From NCBI RefSeq assembly GCF_004010195.1, contig NC_057710.1, positions 123,917,367 through 123,981,366 of the forward strand: a stretch of DNA of 64,000 bases. The letters are read 5' to 3'. This stretch comes from Chiloscyllium plagiosum (Eukaryota). Each line of letters begins with the position of its first letter. Position 1 is the stretch's first letter. The position numbers were made by a program, and so were the translations under genes. Shown here one piece after another: positions 61,700 to 64,000 of this stretch. Below the pieces are notes generated by a model. The model had not been told where the DNA came from. It saw nothing but the letters and a program-made list of their open reading frames with translations, and ran no database searches.

Positions 61700-64000
61700 T
61701 GGTAACTGCGAAGATTAAAGGTTTTTGGAGCAAACATAACAGGATGATATGAATTCTGATGAATGAGATTATCCCACTGACACCATCCTGACTATAGGCT
61801 ATGAACAGGATAGATGAAACTTCCATGAGCTCCATATGCAAAGGATTGGAAAGTTGGTAGTCCCAGGTCCTGATCCATTTCCTATCTCTGTCACTCCTCC
61901 CCTTTCGTTTATCCGAGAACTACATCCAAAATTTCAAGAAAATCTGAAGCCATTTTTTTTTCTTCAGTGTTATTTAAAATCTATAAATAGTTTCTAAAAT
62001 ATGTAAAAGGGCTACAAGGTGGATGAGTGAACTGATCATTGTTGGTCAGGAGACCAGTCAAGTGAAGAGACCAAATAGGAATGTATTGGTAGTAGTAGAC
62101 CATGTAGTCAGAGGGATTGACAGCATAATCCAGGTGGTTAGATTGCCTGCCTAGTGTCAAGTTTCAGGAAAACTGCTCAGCTCTGGAAATGAGCTTATAG
62201 TGAGAGAGGGTGCAACTGGTCATTGTGGTCAATGTACATATCAATGATGTACAATGAAGAAAGGGGTTCTGTATAATCAAAATGAGGGACCAGACATCGA
62301 ATTAAGAAGCAGAACTTCAAAGATTGTAACCTGAGCCATTTGCAAATGGACATAGAGAAAATCAAATTAGAAAGATAGATACATGGCTGAAACACTGTAG
62401 TGGATGTGGGAAGAAGTGGGTTCTGATTCATGGGGCACTGACACCAGAAGTAGGGATAGTGGGATATGTGATGGAGGGATGGTCTGCAGCTAATATATTG
62501 GGTCTAACCTTCTTACAAGCTGCACATCTAAAAATGTAAAATGATTTGAAACTAAATAGTGGAGGCAAGGGATCAAAATGGAGACGATGTGGCAAAAGAG
62601 AAAAGTATTGAGACAGGAAATGATAGACTTTAGCAAGAAAATGTAGACAGAACAAACCTATGTGTAAATTAACAGATAAGGCTGGAGGTTTCAAAAATGA
62701 TGAAAAGATAAACTAAAGATTGTACCTGAATCACACATCATTTGAAGCAAAACAGTTGAACTGACTGTGCAAATAGAAATAATAAACACAACCTGATAGC
62801 CATTATCAACATGACAGTAGGATGATATGGATTTGGTACCTGAGTACTTAAGGATACAGGCCACTTCTGATGAATAGGAAATTAGAAAAGTGTGGAGGAA
62901 TGGCTCTGTAAGTTAATGATGGTAGTAGCACAAGAGAGTGGGATGACCTCAGCTCAGGTAACCAAAATGTAGCAACAGTTTGGGTCGAGATGAAAAATGA
63001 TAAAGGAAGAAAATCACGTATGTAGTAATGTATAAGCCCCGAACAGTAACCACATAGTAGCTTCTAAAATGAAGGAAGAAATAATGGCGGCTCATCAGAA
63101 AAGCATGGTGATAATCATGGTATATTTTAATCTCCATAAAAACTGGAAAAGTCAGATGGACAAAAATAGCGTTGATGAGGAATTCATAGAATGTGTTTGG
63201 TAGAGTTTCTTGTAACAGCATGTTCTGGGCCTAACCAGTGAGCAGGCTATACTACTTTTGGAATTTATTCTGAGATAGAGTTAATTAATGATCTCATAGT
63301 GAAAGCATACTTAGGTAGCAGAACCAATAATGTATTTGAATTTTACATTCATATTGGGGAAAGGAGGTCTGGGTCTGAGGCTGTTTAAAGAAAAACAATT
63401 ATGAGGCATGAAAGCAGTGAATTGGCGAAACAGATTGAAGGATATTGGCAAAGAAATGCTACATGGATACATACTGATGCAGTAGTAGAAATTTAATGGG
63501 CTATTTCAGAAAACACACATTACAGAGAAACAGCAAAGTTGAAGAGAGAGGTGCTCTGTCCATGGCTAACTAGGAGAGTTAAAGATAGCTCAAACTTAAA
63601 GAATTAACACATAATTGTGCAAAGACAGGTGGAAAGACCAAAGATTCAACAGGATATATAAACCAGCCAAGAATGGGTTATAAACAAATAGAGTATGAGA
63701 GAAAGCTAGCCAAAAATAGGTAGTGTTTGTACAGTTACATAAAAAAAAACTATCAAAATAAGCTTTGGATCTATAGAAAATAAGTCTGGAGGTGTGATAA
63801 TGGAAGTAAAGAGATGGCAGATTTTCCCATCTTTACTACACAGGATACAATGAATATCCCTGAAACAGTGAGGAACTCAGGAAATGGAAGAGAGGGAGCA
63901 ACTTGGGAATTTTACAATCATTACAGAAGTTGCACTGAGTAAATTGTTGGAGGTGTGGGCTGATAAATACTCAGGTCCTGATTGTCTACATCCTCAGGTT
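61700..64000 (+). mobile_element. Old CR1 LINE 5' half (ORF1 SGNH/esterase-like region and ORF2 endonuclease), running off the window end
   Basis: VLVVVDHVVRGIDSII..CLP (esterase block, ~62082), GGMAL, 'gtagtaatgtataagcccccgaac', IMVYFNL, and DKYSGPDCLHP at the end. Confidence 0.75.

Noticed and set aside
1..64000. CRISPR arrays, prokaryotic operons, rRNA genes, endogenous non-retroviral virus genes
   Set aside because: No regularly spaced repeat-spacer array, no gene-dense tract, and no recognisable rRNA or viral protein motifs. The sequence is vertebrate repeat-rich DNA.

Overview
Eukaryotic, repeat-dense non-coding DNA (a large intron or intergenic tract). It is very likely from a shark or other elasmobranch, inferred from several HE1-like V-SINEs and SacSINE1/DeuSINE-like pieces. 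No intact protein-coding gene is recognisable; nearly all long ORFs are retroelement fragments, antisense shadows of them, or N-gap artefacts. Contents: a Penelope-like element (PLE) with an RT ORF broken by a 712-N gap and ending in a minimal hammerhead ribozyme (HHR); many nested CR1 LINEs of several ages; SINEs; a solo LTR with a 4-bp TSD; fossils of Gypsy, Ty1/Copia (LTR, tRNA-iMet PBS, gag, zinc knuckle, protease), PIF/Harbinger and possibly Crypton elements. The most striking signal is a set of at least five ~200-bp non-coding fold-back PLE-terminus insertions from three sequence families. Each has an 11-14 bp target-site duplication, a one-sided ~30-45 nt tail, and a symmetry axis at or next to the HHR core. 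Two plus-strand microexon-like units (9 nt and 18 nt) suggest the window may be intronic to a large unidentified host gene. All family assignments come from motif recognition by eye, not database searches, and element boundaries are approximate unless a TSD is given.
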